Shown here: piece after piece, positions 62,152-64,000 of the stretch | Layout of the letters: each line of letters begins with the position of its first letter | Position numbering within the stretch: position 1 is the first letter of the stretch | Assembly (NCBI GenBank): GCA_965216065.1 | Contig: CBDCFB010000001.1 | Span: 1,554,548-1,618,547 of the forward strand | Length of the DNA stretch: 64,000 nucleotides | Reading direction: 5' to 3' | From: Dehalococcoidia bacterium | Lineage (GTDB): Bacteria > Chloroflexota > Dehalococcoidia > Lucifugimonadales > UBA3495 | Notes under the pieces: generated by a model | What the model was told of the DNA's origin: nothing | Seen by the model: the letters and a program-made list of their open reading frames with translations, nothing else | The model's database searches: none | Made by a program: the position numbers and the translations under genes

Positions 62152-63371
62152 CCTACGGTCTGCTCAACGGCCTGCGAGTCCTTGAGTTCGGGGAATTCAT
62201 CTCTGCTCCGTATTGTGGCAAGCTGCTGGCCGACATGGGCGCCGAGGTGGTCAAGATCGAGCGTTCCCGCGTTGGCGACTGGGCCCGCGACTACGGCCCC
62301 TGGCCCGATGGCCTGCCACACCGCGAGCGCAGCGGCCTCTTCTTCTACCTGAACGCCAACAAGCGGGGCATCACCCTCAATCTGGACACCCCAACCGGCC
62401 GGGAAATACTCGCCGGACTCATTTCTCGCTTCGACGTCCTGGTCCATAACCTTCACCCCACTGAGATGGACCGGGTAAAAATGGAGTACGAGTCCCTGCG
62501 GGTGCACAACGACGGTCTCGTGATGGCCACAATCACTCCGTTCGGCCTGACCGGTCCGTACCGCAATTGGAAGGCCTACGACATCAATCTGGCAGCTGGC
62601 GGTGGCATCTGCGAAGGCCTGGGAAGCCCAGACCGCGAGCCGCTGACGTTCGGTACTCCGGAGGTGGGCTACTTCGCCGGAGCAGCTGCGGCGTCGTCGG
62701 TCGTCATGGCCTTGCTCGCGAGGGGAGACGATGGCCCTCCGGCGGGCTCAGGAGGGCAGCATATCGACATCGCCGAAATCGAGTCGATGGCTGGCCTGTA
62801 CAACGGCTCCGAGGCGCTGATGGCGGTCTACCAGTGGCGCGTCACCCGCCGCACCGGGCACCACGCCCTGGACTTTCCCTACCCGAACTGCATCCTGCGC
62901 TGCAAGGATGGTTACATATTCGTTGGCTCGCCCGAGGGGCGCCAGTGGCGTCGGCTACTGGAACTGATGGGAACACCCGAATGGTCGCAGGAGCCGCGCT
63001 TTCGAAACCGCACCGTTATGAACAACGAATACGCTGACGAGGTGGACAGTTACGTCGAAGAGTGGCTGCTGCTGCACACCAAGGCCGAACTGCTGGATAT
63101 GGCCCTGGAGCACCGAGTACCCCTGGCACCGGTGCGCGGCTTTGATGAGGTGCGGCAGGACCCCAGCTTGTCCTCCATGTTCTCCGCAGTGGAGCGGGCC
63201 GACACCGGGTCTATCGCCTTGCCGGGCCCTCCCTACGAATTTTCGGCCGCCACCTCCAGTCAGTCTGCGCCCTGTCCCACCTTGGGCCAGCACAATAGCG
63301 AAATTTACTGCGGAGAGCTGGGATTTTCTCCGGAGGAAGTGGCCCAGTTGTACCGGACCGGGATCATATAA
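62148..63371 (+). CDS. Family III CoA-transferase lacking the canonical catalytic Asp
   Basis: MGAEVVKIE, NANKRGITL, ITPFGLTGP; EVGYFAG at the position of IGDL in the upstream paralog. Confidence 0.88.
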   Translation: MTYGLLNGLRVLEFGEFISAPYCGKLLADMGAEVVKIERSRVGDWARDYGPWPDGLPHRERSGLFFYLNANKRGITLNLDTPTGREILAGLISRFDVLVHNLHPTEMDRVKMEYESLRVHNDGLVMATITPFGLTGPYRNWKAYDINLAAGGGICEGLGSPDREPLTFGTPEVGYFAGAAAASSVVMALLARGDDGPPAGSGGQHIDIAEIESMAGLYNGSEALMAVYQWRVTRRTGHHALDFPYPNCILRCKDGYIFVGSPEGRQWRRLLELMGTPEWSQEPRFRNRTVMNNEYADEVDSYVEEWLLLHTKAELLDMALEHRVPLAPVRGFDEVRQDPSLSSMFSAVERADTGSIALPGPPYEFSAATSSQSAPCPTLGQHNSEIYCGELGFSPEEVAQLYRTGII

Positions 63372-63494
63372 CGGGATTCCGCAAAGGACTCTGGGGTATA
63401 CTCAAGCCCCTTCTCCGAACAATCCAGCGGCTAACCGCAAGGCTCCCGCAGGGCGTGGTCCGGCGTTACCCCATCCGGCTATGGAGGTTTTCAA

Positions 63495-64000
63495 ATGGCT
63501 GGATACAGCTCCTACCCGGTAGAACTGGTCGGGGAGTACGACGAACGGGTCAACCGCGTCCTGTGGCTGATAAAGTGGTTGCTGCTGATTCCGCATATCG
63601 TTGTGCTGAGCCTTCTCCAATTGCCGACAATTTTCACGGTACCGTTGTCGTGGGTTATTGTCATCATAATTGGCCGCAACCCCGAGTTCCTGTGGACCTA
63701 CCACTCAGGGCTGCTGCGATGGAGTTGGCGCGTCAACTATTACTCATACGGTGTTGGCAACACGGACCGCTACCCACCCTTCTCGTTCGGTTCGAAGGAC
63801 GACTACCCGGCGGACCTGCTGATCGAATATCCTGAAACATCTTCGCGTTTGACCACGCTCTTTCGCTGGCTCCTGATCATTCCCCATTGGGTCATCGTCT
63901 CTTTCCTCGGCATGATCACCGGTCTCCTGGTGCTGGTGGCCCTCGTGCTCGTGCTGATTACCGGCCGCTATTCCGAGTCGCTATTCGACATCATCATGCG
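63495..64000 (+). CDS. DUF4389 membrane protein (partial, runs off window end)
   Basis: Not in ORF track; ATG 63495 with GGAGG; MAGYSSYP...WLIKWLLLIPH...RWSWRV..Y....TDRYPPFS. Confidence 0.85.
   Translation, partial: MAGYSSYPVELVGEYDERVNRVLWLIKWLLLIPHIVVLSLLQLPTIFTVPLSWVIVIIIGRNPEFLWTYHSGLLRWSWRVNYYSYGVGNTDRYPPFSFGSKDDYPADLLIEYPETSSRLTTLFRWLLIIPHWVIVSFLGMITGLLVLVALVLVLITGRYSESLFDIIM

Overview
GC-rich bacterial window. Gene content (several luciferase-like monooxygenases, family III CoA-transferases, CMD proteins, paralogous TRAP solute-binding lipoproteins, PAC2) suggests Chloroflexota/Dehalococcoidia (SAR202-like); this assignment is inference only. It holds mostly catabolic and transport genes, a tRNA-Arg(UCU) with a decayed integrase and IS5/IS630/IS1182 elements, a two-component system with surface-protein genes, and many REP/MITE-like repeats. 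Main findings: (1) two genes split in the ORF track are single frames interrupted by an in-frame UGA followed 10-11 nt later by a hairpin, namely a UGSC-type selenoprotein (U-G-G-C) and, unexpectedly, an MFS transporter whose UGA lies at a position I recall as Cys, making it a candidate selenocysteine transporter; (2) an ultra-short (~22 nt) element CCTTCGRCARGCTCAGGA occurs at five loci, in-frame inside two enzymes, inside another repeat, and frameshifting an IS630 transposase; (3) MITEs with TIRs/TSDs, one carrying REP-like palindromes; (4) a four-copy TRAP DctP array in different stages of decay. All product calls come from motif recognition by eye, not database searches.
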